From: a virus
Length of the DNA: 64,000 nucleotides
Virus record (IMG/VR): IMGVR_UViG_3300032132_000001
Coordinates: 234,573-298,572 of that record
Strand: one strand, 5' to 3'
The translations under genes were made by a program, and so were the position numbers. A model generated the notes under the pieces. It was given only the letters and a program-made list of their open reading frames with translations. It did no database searches and was not told the origin of the DNA. Position 1 is the stretch's first letter; every line of letters begins with the position of its first letter. Of this stretch, positions 21,230 through 30,944 are shown piece after piece.

Positions 21230-22036
21230 ATGGACAAGCTAAAAGAACTAATCCAAGGGATCGGCGGCAGCCAAGAACTCGCAGATGCTATATGCGAGGA
21301 AATGGGCCACTGGAAGGATCGAGTTCGTGAAAAGCTCCAGACCGAAGCGCGACAGAAAGCAGAAGTCGCGAAGCAACGCTGTCTGGAAGAAGTAGAAAGA
21401 GAGAAACTCCGCCTTTCTCGTAGGTTGAAGATCTACCTTGAGAGTAAGGCGAGCGCAATGGCAGACGCGGCACAACGCCAATACGCCATTGAAGAGGCCG
21501 AATCTACCTGCACTCTACGTAGAGTCCGAGGACTTGTAGAGGACATCGAAATCGATGATGGTGGAACTAGTCGGCGTCTTCAGGAAGTGCAGAAGAAATC
21601 TGCACGGCTAGAACGTGCCAACCAGTCGCTGCGTGAGGAGCAGGGCAAGCTTGTTTCGAGTGTAAACCAGTCGAACAAGGTTGCAAAAGACCTACTCCAA
21701 AAGAATCGTAAGCTTGCTTCCAAGCTTACGTCCCTCACTGAGGCGAAGTGCAAGTGCATGAAGGATTGCAAGTGCGAAGGTAAGTGCACTTGTGAGTGCA
21801 GCTGCAAGAAGGATGAAAGTAAGAGTCGCAAGACTCGAACCGTCGCTGAGAGCAAGACTCAAAAGCGTCGTCTTCCCCGCAGTCGCCGTGTAGACGAGGG
21901 TCGCAGGAAGCCTGGTAAGACTCGTTCTACTCGACCAACACTGGTTGAGTCCCAGACGCGCCGAAAGAAGACCATCTCGGAAGGTAAAGAATCCGGTATG
22001 ATCGACAAGATCGCGTCTGAAATGACTGAAGACTAA
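21230..22036 (+). CDS. Coiled-coil scaffold protein (gp22-like by position)
   Basis: Long heptad-rich coiled coil plus a Cys/Lys-rich CKCMKDCKCEGKCTCECSCKK motif, immediately upstream of the MCP. Confidence 0.45.
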   Translation: MDKLKELIQGIGGSQELADAICEEMGHWKDRVREKLQTEARQKAEVAKQRCLEEVEREKLRLSRRLKIYLESKASAMADAAQRQYAIEEAESTCTLRRVRGLVEDIEIDDGGTSRRLQEVQKKSARLERANQSLREEQGKLVSSVNQSNKVAKDLLQKNRKLASKLTSLTEAKCKCMKDCKCEGKCTCECSCKKDESKSRKTRTVAESKTQKRRLPRSRRVDEGRRKPGKTRSTRPTLVESQTRRKKTISEGKESGMIDKIASEMTED

Positions 22037-22059
22037 ACAAAAAGACTAGGAGGCTAAAA

Positions 22060-23583
22060 ATGGCCCAAGGACAAGTACTTTCGGAAGAACTCCGCCAGGA
22101 GTCAATCGTCCGTGAGTCTCGTAAGAACCAGCTCGTCCGTCGTTGGCAGAAGGTTCTGAAGAAGTGTAAGGAAGTTCAGCCGCAGAAGGTGCCTCTCATG
22201 GCAGCGCTGTTGGAGAACCAGTTTAATTACTGGAATCCAGCCAACCGCAACCTCCTTCTGGAAGATGCCACCACGACTGGTGACATCGCGGACTTCACCC
22301 GCTTCGCTCTTCCTCTAATCAGGAAGTCGTACCCGAAGCTGATCTCGGACAACCTCGTCGGCGTGCAGCCGATGAGCCAGCCAGCCAGCCTGATTTTCTA
22401 CATCAGGTACCGCTACGCTCTCTCCAAGGGCCAAACGGTTGCTGGTACTCAGATCATGCGTCAGAACACGGCGCAGCAGTTCGCCCGCCAGAACGGCTGG
22501 GCACTGGATCCGTACTACAGCTCGCAGGTCGTTAAGGGTGAGGATCTCACCGTTTCCGGCGGCGGCATGGTAGTAAGCGGTACTCTCGTTCACCGTCCGG
22601 TCCTCGCCGGCACAGTCGTAGTCAACGTCTTCGAAAGCGACGACGACAGCTGCGAAGAGCCAGAGCCGATCCTACAGGTCGGATTCGATGCCGATGGTAA
22701 CCCAGACGTCATCCTAATCGGTGACCTAACTGGTGTAACGGTCGATGAGTCCACCACTGGTGCGACCTTCTTCGATCACAGCACTGGTGCTGTAACCGTC
22801 ACTCTCTCCGCTGGTTCCCTACCAGCCGGCGCTCTCGCGAGAGCGGATTACGAGTACGATCTGGAGAACAACCCGTTCCAGCCAGAAGTAACCCTGAGCA
22901 TCGACTCTGATAGTGTCGCAGCTATCACTCGTAAGCTCAAGACCTCTTGGTCGCTAGAAGCAGCTCAGGACCTCAAGTCGGTGCACAACATCGATGCAGA
23001 GTCCACCCTGACTGACCTGATGGCGGATGAGATGGTTGCTGAGATCGATCGTGAGATCATCAACGACCTAATCATCGCGGCTGCGATTCGTGCAACGCAC
23101 AACTTCGCGACTGGTGCTGGCGCATCGGTGAACTTCACCGACCGCAACATCGCCCTCCTGTACAAGGTACTGGAAGTTGCGAACATCATCCACCGCACCA
23201 CTCTGCGTGGACCAGCTAACTGGCTGCTCACCTCTGCAGATATCGCTTCTAAGTTCGAGCAGCTGAACGACTTCCGTGGTTCAGACGCTCTTGCTCAGGA
23301 CGGCATCGACATTGGTATCACCAGTGCCGGCACCATTCAGGGTAAGCTGAAGCTCTACAAGGATCCGCTGTTCCCGAACTGCAAGATCCTCATGGGCTTC
23401 AAGGGTAGCTCTGTCCTGGACAGTGGTTACTTCTACGCCCCATACATCCCGCTGCTCAGCACCCCAACCGTGCTGGACCCGAACTCCTTCACGCCGAACA
23501 AGGGCATCATGACCCGCTACGGCAAGAAGCTGATCGAAGATGGCGGTCTGTACTACGGTGTTGTTACGGTCTCCAACCTGTAA
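22060..23583 (+). CDS. Major capsid protein (T4 gp23-like)
   Basis: The segment PLIRKSYPKLISDNLVGVQPMSQPASL matches the conserved gp23 block (..PALIANDLVSVQPM..). It follows the scaffold genes and is followed by a strong terminator. Confidence 0.75.
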   Translation: MAQGQVLSEELRQESIVRESRKNQLVRRWQKVLKKCKEVQPQKVPLMAALLENQFNYWNPANRNLLLEDATTTGDIADFTRFALPLIRKSYPKLISDNLVGVQPMSQPASLIFYIRYRYALSKGQTVAGTQIMRQNTAQQFARQNGWALDPYYSSQVVKGEDLTVSGGGMVVSGTLVHRPVLAGTVVVNVFESDDDSCEEPEPILQVGFDADGNPDVILIGDLTGVTVDESTTGATFFDHSTGAVTVTLSAGSLPAGALARADYEYDLENNPFQPEVTLSIDSDSVAAITRKLKTSWSLEAAQDLKSVHNIDAESTLTDLMADEMVAEIDREIINDLIIAAAIRATHNFATGAGASVNFTDRNIALLYKVLEVANIIHRTTLRGPANWLLTSADIASKFEQLNDFRGSDALAQDGIDIGITSAGTIQGKLKLYKDPLFPNCKILMGFKGSSVLDSGYFYAPYIPLLSTPTVLDPNSFTPNKGIMTRYGKKLIEDGGLYYGVVTVSNL

Positions 23584-23604
23584 CCCACCCTGCGGTAAAG
23601 ATCA

Positions 23605-23640
23605 AGAGCCCGGCAGTGATGCCGGGCTCTTTCTGTATAT
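23605..23640 (+). terminator. Rho-independent terminator after the MCP gene
   Basis: Hairpin GAGCCCGGCA-gtga-TGCCGGGCTC followed by TTTCTGT. Confidence 0.6.
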
Positions 23641-23647
23641 AATCAGC

Positions 23648-23983
23648 ATGAATGATATAATGCATAAGGCGCGAGCTGCCTATTATGAATCTAATCAATG
23701 TAATCGATCCTCGCAGCTTGAAGACGAGGCTTTTGCTGCTGGTTGGAAAGCTTGCGCCGAAGCGATCGAGAAGGCACTGACAAATCCAGAAAAGCCATAT
23801 GTCGTAGATTGCGACCCACCTGGCGAATGTGACCAATGCATTGGTTTCGATAGTGGTGCACAACATTGCAGCTTTGTCGCCTATGAGATCGGAACGGGCC
23901 GTTATGAAGCTATCGAGGCAGAGCGCCTCGCGGTAGATAAGAAAATCCTAGAGCAGATAGATGACACACCAACATCAACCTAA
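23648..23983 (+). CDS. Hypothetical Cys-containing small protein
   Basis: ORF track 23540..23983 trimmed to the internal Met (MNDIMHK...) that follows the MCP terminator. Confidence 0.35.
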   Translation: MNDIMHKARAAYYESNQCNRSSQLEDEAFAAGWKACAEAIEKALTNPEKPYVVDCDPPGECDQCIGFDSGAQHCSFVAYEIGTGRYEAIEAERLAVDKKILEQIDDTPTST

Positions 23984-24085
23984 GCATCAACCATTAGATG
24001 GTACTGGATACCAAGTCTGTTCGTGTGGGGCTACTCGCAGAGTAGACAAAGGACAACCAAGCGGAGGGTGGCACACGTGTAAACT

Positions 24086-24688
24086 GTGCACACGCTCATG
24101 GGGACTTCCAAAATGCAAGTAACACTAACATCTGTAGACAAGCCTCTTCTCTCCGCATGGGAGACCATGTGTGGAAATCTGGAAAATGTTACTATCTATG
24201 AAGGTTCGATCCTAGACCAACCCCATCAAGCTATCGTAAGCCCAGCTAACAGTTATGGGTTCATGAATGGTGGTATTGATCAAGTTTATACAGATTTCTT
24301 CGGCCCTTCTCTACAACAGACGCTCCAGAAACAGATCAAGCTATACCACGAGGGCATCCTGCTGGTCGGGTCCGCAGAGGTGGTCAACACGGGCAATAAG
24401 GATTTCCCGCTTTTGGTTTCTGCTCCGACAATGATGGTCCCAGAAATACTAGGGCCAAATACGATCAATCCATATCTTGCAGCTAGAGCAGCTATACTAG
24501 CAGCACGAGATTACGGCATCACAGATCTAGCTTTCCCTGGGCTCGGTACCGGCATCGGAAGAGTGCCCCCTCTCGTGTGCGCGAAGCAAGTATCGTGGGC
24601 GATCCAAGACATCATCCAGGGCGCATGGCAATTCCCCGCCAATCTGGGTACGGCTCTGGTAAAAGAAGGGATGATGAAGAAAGTATGA
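24086..24688 (+). CDS. Macro-domain protein (ADP-ribose binding / ADP-ribosyl hydrolase-like)
   Basis: The motif AIVSPANSYGFMNGGIDQVY resembles the macro signature AIVNAANxxLxGGGGVDGAI. Size of about 190 aa fits. Confidence 0.5.
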   Translation: MHTLMGTSKMQVTLTSVDKPLLSAWETMCGNLENVTIYEGSILDQPHQAIVSPANSYGFMNGGIDQVYTDFFGPSLQQTLQKQIKLYHEGILLVGSAEVVNTGNKDFPLLVSAPTMMVPEILGPNTINPYLAARAAILAARDYGITDLAFPGLGTGIGRVPPLVCAKQVSWAIQDIIQGAWQFPANLGTALVKEGMMKKV

Positions 24689-25026
24689 ATGAAATCCAAC
24701 AAAAATCTGTCCCCACCTTCCAGGCTACCATTTTCATCGCTGGTGATATAAATACCGCTAAGATGACATGCCAGCGATTCTGCTTTTCCGAAGGGTTATG
24801 CGTAACCCTTCGGCCCACCGATTTCATCTACACTGGTGGAACAGAATCTGGGATGGAGATCGGATTGATCAACTATCCTCGATTCCGAAGCACACCGGGC
24901 CACATAAAAGGGACTGCTGTCGAATTAGCCCGGAAACTCATCGAAGATCTAGCTCAATGGAGCGCCTCTGTAGTCTGCCCTGATGAGACCATTTGGTTGT
25001 CGAGGCGACCGGAGCATCAAACATAA
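24685..25026 (+). CDS. Hypothetical protein
   Basis: Start at ATGA overlapping the macro gene stop (MNEIQQKS...). The longer track ORF 24577.. is likely an over-extension. Confidence 0.35.
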   Translation: MNEIQQKSVPTFQATIFIAGDINTAKMTCQRFCFSEGLCVTLRPTDFIYTGGTESGMEIGLINYPRFRSTPGHIKGTAVELARKLIEDLAQWSASVVCPDETIWLSRRPEHQT

Positions 25027-25230
25027 TGTATGAGACTTTCTCTCCTTCATGAGACAAAAGAGCCGGTCCCAAAGAAAGCTGCCGCTAAAGGTGAAGGCTG
25101 ACCGCTCGGTCTAGCTCTCCGGTACGGGGAGAAAGAAGGTAATAAGAAAAGAGAAGAGATAGCTGCCCTGGTCAGACAAGGGTATTCGCAAGAAGACGCA
25201 GTAGAAAAAGTCTGCAGGTAAACATAGGAT

Positions 25231-25476
25231 ATGACCCCTCAAGATATCGTCGCTTTCCTTATCTCTGATGACCCTGATGTCATCAGTGAAGAATATGCAA
25301 AGATGGGCACGGTAGAGCCAAAATATAAACCAAGAGAAGAAGAGAAAGAAGAGGACGGGGAAGGAAGCTACGGCGATAGCATGGCCTTCATCCGAGGCTT
25401 CGTAGAGAAGTATCAAGATGTAGAGTTAGATCCTAAAGAAATCTTCGATTATATCAAACGTTTCACCGATAAATAG
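25231..25476 (+). CDS. Small protein of the 'DDPDV' N-terminal motif family
   Basis: MTPQDIVAFLISDDPDVISEE...; ends with TAG. Confidence 0.4.
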   Translation: MTPQDIVAFLISDDPDVISEEYAKMGTVEPKYKPREEEKEEDGEGSYGDSMAFIRGFVEKYQDVELDPKEIFDYIKRFTDK

Positions 25477-25510
25477 TTTACCGTAGTTCCTTACCACAAT
25501 AGAGATTGAC

Positions 25511-25876
25511 ATGATTGATACGAAGAACGTAATTGAAACCCACCGTGACCATCGTTGGTTGGTCGAAGACTTCTCCCACCTTACTCACGGCCTTACGCTG
25601 TTAGCTAAGGATATCGACTTCGATATGGTATCGGGAAACGCGCTGATCACCTTCTACGATATCGTGAAGGAAGAAACAGCGAGGCAACTGAAAGAGTTAC
25701 CAAAAAGAAATCTGAGTTTCAAGGTCTACAAGGTAGACCATGCAGGAAAGAAAATTCAGACTATCATCTTCAGTAAGTGCCAGAAGCTTTCAGTCAGACA
25801 AGCTCTTGACTATACTAGCGCCGAAATCGCCACGCTAGAGCTTGGACTCTACTGCAAGAATATCGAAGTCGAGTAA
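25511..25876 (+). CDS. Hypothetical protein
   Basis: 121-aa ORF with balanced composition. Confidence 0.35.
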   Translation: MIDTKNVIETHRDHRWLVEDFSHLTHGLTLLAKDIDFDMVSGNALITFYDIVKEETARQLKELPKRNLSFKVYKVDHAGKKIQTIIFSKCQKLSVRQALDYTSAEIATLELGLYCKNIEVE

Positions 25877-25879
25877 TCA

Positions 25880-26806
25880 TTAGTCCTGGCCGAACAAGTT
25901 CTTCAGCAGTCTATAGATGTAACTATCTAACGCCTCTTGGGCTTTCCTTTGTATTTCCTTTAGCTCTCCTTGGCGTTTCGCTCTGTCATTGGCTATCCGT
26001 ACTATCTGCATATAGTCGGGCGCACCGAAAGCCAAGAAGACCATAGAGTTGATATGTTCTTTGGAGTGTTTCAAGAAGTTGGCTTGGTAGACCGCCCGAA
26101 GAGCACTCCAGTTTACGTGGTTCCAACCGCCACCTTTCCATCGCCATGCTATTTTGTTTCGCTCTCCTCGCACTTCAGTCATGTACCTGTGGAAGAGCAT
26201 GCAGTAAGATTTATATGATCCAATGCTCCCTATAGCATTTATAAGTTCTATTTCGTCGAAGCCATCATCTGCCAGCTTCTTCAACAATAGTTCTTCGAAG
26301 TGGTTGAAGCCATCCCCATATTTCTTGTATAGAACTCCAGCTGCCTCACCAAGATACTTGTACAAGAATGGTTGATCGGACCAATTGCGTTCAACTTTCT
26401 TCCAGATCGCCCAACAGAAAGCTCCACTCATCTCCTTGTCATATGCATGCATGATCCTAATAGCGTTCATGTACTGATCTAGATTATCGTTTTTCTGCAT
26501 GTCTTTGATAGCCATAATCTGACGCCTGCGCCAAAATATTTGGTTCTTCTTATTCAAGAACCATGGTATTGGTGCCTTTTGTATATGGTGATCGATCAGG
26601 CGACGTACTCTCCATTTTATTTCTAGGTTTCTATTATGCCTATGGTAGATAAGCCAGTGGAGAGCATCTGGGCCCATCTTTTTGATTTTCCAATGGGCTC
26701 TTTGTCTGACGATCCATTCATCATTACCCAGAAGCTTTATTAGTTTATCGTCAGCATGAAGAGAATTAGGCAGCAAAAGAAGAGCAAGAAAGAATAGGTG
26801 TTTCAT
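25880..26806 (-). CDS. Secreted protein with an N-terminal signal peptide
   Basis: Trimmed to Met16 (MKHLFFLALLLLPNSLHA = signal peptide). Trp/Lys-rich repeats follow. Confidence 0.4.
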   Translation of the reverse strand: MKHLFFLALLLLPNSLHADDKLIKLLGNDEWIVRQRAHWKIKKMGPDALHWLIYHRHNRNLEIKWRVRRLIDHHIQKAPIPWFLNKKNQIFWRRRQIMAIKDMQKNDNLDQYMNAIRIMHAYDKEMSGAFCWAIWKKVERNWSDQPFLYKYLGEAAGVLYKKYGDGFNHFEELLLKKLADDGFDEIELINAIGSIGSYKSYCMLFHRYMTEVRGERNKIAWRWKGGGWNHVNWSALRAVYQANFLKHSKEHINSMVFLAFGAPDYMQIVRIANDRAKRQGELKEIQRKAQEALDSYIYRLLKNLFGQD

Positions 26807-26822
26807 ATCGTATCTTTTCTTT

Positions 26823-27629
26823 TTGTATGTGACCGCCATGATCGAAGTCAACGACGCAATAGTTGCTAGCAGGGCTTACCCTAAGGCTAAACTTATATAT
26901 CTAGACCCTCCATTCTGGCCGGGGGAGAAAAAGCGAAAGAAAGGAAGTTATGAATACAGCTCAGTAGCAGATACGCACGCCACGTTTCTTTACTACTTCG
27001 AAAGGCTATTCCACAATATATGGGAGATTCTAGACCAAGATGGAGCTATGGTAGTCCATTGCGACTGGCACTTTTGCCACCGATTCAGGCTCCTTGGTGA
27101 CGAAGTATTCGGAATAGACAACTTTGTAAATCATGTAGTATGGTGCTACACAGGGCCGGCTGTCAATAAGAACTCATTTCCCAAGAAACATGATGACATT
27201 CTAATCTGGCGGAAGTCTAAAGAGTTCAAACCCAATATGATCCGAGTGCCCTATAAAGGTAAATTGCGGGTCGGCGGTAAGACTTCGTGGGCTGGCGAAG
27301 AGAAAGATGTGGAAGAGTATTTGAAGCGAGGAAAGCTCCTAGAAGACTGGTGGGCCGATATCAAACCTCTCAACTCTACACAAAAAGAGAAGGTGGGATA
27401 TCCTGATCAGAAACCAATCGCCCTACTAGAGAGGATAATCAACTTTGCGACCAATCCAGGAGACCTTGTGGTCGATCTCTTTGTGGGCAGTGGTACTACA
27501 GCGGTCGCCGCTCACAATCTTGGTCGTACATTTCGTGGTTGCGATATTTATTCTGAAGCAGTTGAGTTAGCCAAACAAAGAGTAGCTAAATTAGATGGGA
27601 AACAAAAAGAAGAAAAAGCGAAACTTTGA
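26823..27629 (+). CDS. DNA N6-adenine/N4-cytosine methyltransferase (beta class)
   Basis: DPPF (motif IV) at the N-terminus and FVGSGTT (motif I) at the C-terminus, the permuted order of the pfam N6_N4_Mtase type. Confidence 0.65.
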   Translation: MYVTAMIEVNDAIVASRAYPKAKLIYLDPPFWPGEKKRKKGSYEYSSVADTHATFLYYFERLFHNIWEILDQDGAMVVHCDWHFCHRFRLLGDEVFGIDNFVNHVVWCYTGPAVNKNSFPKKHDDILIWRKSKEFKPNMIRVPYKGKLRVGGKTSWAGEEKDVEEYLKRGKLLEDWWADIKPLNSTQKEKVGYPDQKPIALLERIINFATNPGDLVVDLFVGSGTTAVAAHNLGRTFRGCDIYSEAVELAKQRVAKLDGKQKEEKAKL

Positions 27630-27805
27630 TGCGGAAGCCAAACTTCTCGCTATGTTCGACGATATCGACTCGATTATAGCGTATCCGCCAGAAGGAGGAC
27701 GTCGCACCGAAGATGGCTACCCGTTGGAAGTAATGTACGACGAATTCGCTTACAAGCGTATGGTGGATTCTTACAGGCAAGGCTTGAGAAATCTTCTCAA
27801 AACGT

Positions 27806-28000
27806 ATGGCGGGTAGACAAATGTATACCATGGAAGAAAAAACGAAAGCCCAAACTCCTAAGCTTCCTCAAGATACGCGTATTACTGCGCGTCACTGCAC
27901 TTGGTGCGGTGAAGACTATCATATCACCTCCGAATGGTCAGATAATCTACATTGTTGCAAAGAGTGCCATCTCGAAGCCAAGCAGCACCATGACGACTGA
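27806..28000 (+). CDS. Small zinc-ribbon protein
   Basis: CTWCGEDYH...CCKECH Cys/His cluster. Confidence 0.3.
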   Translation: MAGRQMYTMEEKTKAQTPKLPQDTRITARHCTWCGEDYHITSEWSDNLHCCKECHLEAKQHHDD

Positions 28001-28031
28001 ATAATTATTTATAGGGCAAACCTATGTTAAG

Positions 28032-28799
28032 ATGGCAAAGGTACTCGTCCTATCAGGTGGAAAATTCCAGTACACCGATCTGCTAACTAGCGGATTTACG
28101 CCATCTAACTATACAAACGCGACCGATTCTCTAGAAGATCATCTAGATGGAATCGATGATGCTCTCCTTAATCCTCAGGGAACGATGCTCCCTGACACTA
28201 CTAACACCCATGATCTTGGTGGAACATCGAACTACTATAAAGATTTCTTCCTTCAAGGTTATATTGAATTCAATAATGACGCTAGCGCTGCTCCAAGCAC
28301 ATCATCTGGAAAATTCCATCTAAGATCAGAAAGTGGTGTTCCGCACTTCCAGTTCGATGACGGCTCAGATCTCCATATCAATTATAGTAGTGATGAAATC
28401 CAGTTCGACACAGAGAATAACGGTGCTATCACTTTCCAGAATGCTGCTGGATCTACTGGTCCTGTAGCGGTTTTCACTCCGTTCATAACGACAGCCAGTC
28501 GTGAAGTGAAAGCTGATGGTGTCAACTCCACTACAAACCTAGATGATTCATTCCACTTCCTTGTAGTAGACACAAACGGTGGAAATGTAACAATCAACTT
28601 GCCATCGTCAGGTAGCACCGCAGCAGGCAAGATCTACTGGATTAAGAACATCGGCGGATCAGGTAACCAAGCTCAAGTAACACCTAATGGGTCAGACACC
28701 ATCGACGGCGCAGGATCAGTGAACTTGAACGATGGCCAAGCGCTAGCAATCGTAAACGATGGAAACAATATCTGGTTCTGTTTCGTGCTAGCCCACTAA
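28032..28799 (+). CDS. Beta-rich structural protein (fibre/baseplate-like)
   Basis: 255 aa, Asn/Thr/Gly/Ser-rich, resembling the tail-fibre composition. Confidence 0.3.
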   Translation: MAKVLVLSGGKFQYTDLLTSGFTPSNYTNATDSLEDHLDGIDDALLNPQGTMLPDTTNTHDLGGTSNYYKDFFLQGYIEFNNDASAAPSTSSGKFHLRSESGVPHFQFDDGSDLHINYSSDEIQFDTENNGAITFQNAAGSTGPVAVFTPFITTASREVKADGVNSTTNLDDSFHFLVVDTNGGNVTINLPSSGSTAAGKIYWIKNIGGSGNQAQVTPNGSDTIDGAGSVNLNDGQALAIVNDGNNIWFCFVLAH

Positions 28800-29135
28800 G
28801 AGGAAACAATGTCTGAACTACCAAAGCGCTTACAGCCCCACGAAATTGAACGCCTACACCGCACGTTTGAGCTAATTGAACGAGCGGAGCGGGAAATGAA
28901 GATGCGCCAAGAATATATGAGCTTGCTACTAGAGAAGTTCGGTTATCAATATGGCTGCTCCCCCAGAGATATCAATATTCTGACTGGTGATATTAGCCGG
29001 GACGAACCCGCCGAATAAGGCTCCCCGCTCGCAAACGTATCTTAAGGGTGCAGGCTCACCGACAAGTCCCATGGCCAAACTCCCGGCCAAAACTGAAGCC
29101 CTTGGGACAGGGTTAACCCCGAGCCTGTTGGAGGA

Positions 29136-29819
29136 GTGAGAATGGAAATGGCATACTCGAATAAGTTCGCTGTCTGTGTGCTGGTAGACGGCCGAATCAT
29201 GAAGGAACTCCGAGATGGTTCGGTTGGAGTGCCTTTCGGCTGCGAGTACACGCTCCGGTTGTTCAACAAGCACGACCGTCGAGCCGTCGCGAAGATCTCA
29301 ATCGACACCGAGAACGTCTCCGAGGGTGGTTTCATCATCCCGGCGCACGGTAAAGTAGAGATCGACCGCCCCGCCCACAAGGATGCAGCTTTCCGGTTCG
29401 TAGAGCTGGGCAGCGACGCCGCGTGGGAAGACGGCAAGCCGACCCACAACGAGAACAGGGAGATGGGCCTCATCGAGGTCAATTTCTTCCTGGAGCGGGA
29501 ACGGCCGAAGCCGAAGTACCGCCCCAACACTCGTAGGCGTCCTGGATACCGCTCCAAGGGCATTACGAGGGGCTTTGGCGACCAGGTGTACGGCACGTGT
29601 AGTGTTGGTGGCGGGTTGGATTCACTGCCCGCCGCTGAAGTCAGCAATACTTCCGCAGGTTTGGAAGGTCTCGCTGACTTGAAGGATGGTTGCACCGTGG
29701 AGGGCCGTGAGACCGGCACCCGGTTCGGGCAGGAACACGTGGACATCGAATCCCACAGCACCCTCATCAAGATGTTCTTGCAAGGGTTCAGGGGTCACGA
29801 CGTCAACGTCGCGCTCTAA
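29136..29819 (+). CDS. Hypothetical protein at the start of a GC-rich island
   Basis: 227-aa ORF. The antisense 29042..29770 ORF is likely a shadow. Confidence 0.35.
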   Translation: MRMEMAYSNKFAVCVLVDGRIMKELRDGSVGVPFGCEYTLRLFNKHDRRAVAKISIDTENVSEGGFIIPAHGKVEIDRPAHKDAAFRFVELGSDAAWEDGKPTHNENREMGLIEVNFFLERERPKPKYRPNTRRRPGYRSKGITRGFGDQVYGTCSVGGGLDSLPAAEVSNTSAGLEGLADLKDGCTVEGRETGTRFGQEHVDIESHSTLIKMFLQGFRGHDVNVAL

Positions 29820-29902
29820 GTAGGAATAAATGGCCTCCCAGGAATGGGAGGCCATTTCTATATCCATCCGTAGATACATTAGGCCCAACAAAGGAGAACC
29901 TA

Positions 29903-30508
29903 ATGCTACGGATCATGTTGATCGCACTGCTGTTGGTCCCAACAGCTCTTGCAGACGACCCCAAGCCAGAACCCAAGCCAGAACCTCTAAAGTACGCTGA
30001 TTACTTCGATGTTGCTAAAGGCACCCAGCGCACCTATACTGGCGCATCTGGTGAAATTACGGTAACCATCGAAAAGCGCGTGGTCAAGGATGGGAAGGTT
30101 ACCATGTTTGTCGCCTTGAAACAAGGTGAGAAAACTGGTCGTATGGTCGAGCGTGTAGAAAAGAATGGCTTCTACCGAGGAACCATCCGGGGCACGCAGA
30201 TCTTTGGATCCTACTTCTTCAAGGGTCCTCTAGCCAAGACCACTGTGCACAGCCCTGTCCCAGGCGCCACTATGAAGATAGTATCGCTGGATACTGTTGT
30301 CGCGGCAGGTGGCAAGAAATACAACTGCATCGTGTTTCAGTTCTCCCAGAAAAATGCGAAGTTCTATTTCGCCAAGGGAGTTGGGATGGTGTTGGTTACA
30401 GTCGATGTGAAGGCTGGCGAAGAAACTAAAACTATCGATATGGTGCGCCTCAAGACTCTTGTGGTGCCGAAGCCGGAAGAGAAGAAGGACCCGCCGAAGA
30501 AGGACTGA
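29903..30508 (+). CDS. Secreted protein
   Basis: Signal peptide MLRIMLIALLLVPTALADDPKPEPKPEP followed by a beta-rich body. Confidence 0.4.
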   Translation: MLRIMLIALLLVPTALADDPKPEPKPEPLKYADYFDVAKGTQRTYTGASGEITVTIEKRVVKDGKVTMFVALKQGEKTGRMVERVEKNGFYRGTIRGTQIFGSYFFKGPLAKTTVHSPVPGATMKIVSLDTVVAAGGKKYNCIVFQFSQKNAKFYFAKGVGMVLVTVDVKAGEETKTIDMVRLKTLVVPKPEEKKDPPKKD

Positions 30509-30548
30509 TACGTTCGCGTATCTGAGGCGCACCTTTTTGAGGTGCGCC

Positions 30549-30878
30549 ATGTTTGGCTTTTTCAGAAGTAAAATCCAAGAATCTGATCGTAAACTCATCG
30601 ACCACATCTTACTGCTGATGAGGGAAGATCCAGACGGCTGGGACTGGCAACTGTCTCCTAGGTCTGCGACGCGATCGGCTACTCTCACGTATAAGCCCAA
30701 AGAATTCTTGGTCAAGATCGCCGGGACTGCAATAACCATTTGCACTTCGAAACAAAACTCTGAAGATAAGAGTTTCAAGAAGTTCAAATGCAATAGTCTT
30801 GCCAAAGAGATATATGAAACTGCAGTCCTGATCCAAAACGATTGGGCTATGAAAAGAATGAGGGTCGGCGACATATAG
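30549..30878 (+). CDS. Small protein of the 'EDPDGWD' motif family
   Basis: MFGFFRSKIQESDRKLIDHILLLMREDPDGWDWQL..., a paralog of the 1606..2169 N-terminus. Confidence 0.35.
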   Translation: MFGFFRSKIQESDRKLIDHILLLMREDPDGWDWQLSPRSATRSATLTYKPKEFLVKIAGTAITICTSKQNSEDKSFKKFKCNSLAKEIYETAVLIQNDWAMKRMRVGDI

Positions 30879-30944
30879 CTCGCCCTGCTTTCTCCGGGCC
30901 CGTATTTGAAGTCGCCCACCAGATTCCATCACAAGGAGAAAGCG

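Noticed and set aside
24577-24684. 5' extension of ORF 24577..25026 (MREASIVGDPRHHPGRMAIPRQ...)
   Set aside because: It overlaps the macro-domain gene in another frame. An internal Met at 24685 with an ATGA stop-start overlap is the more plausible start.
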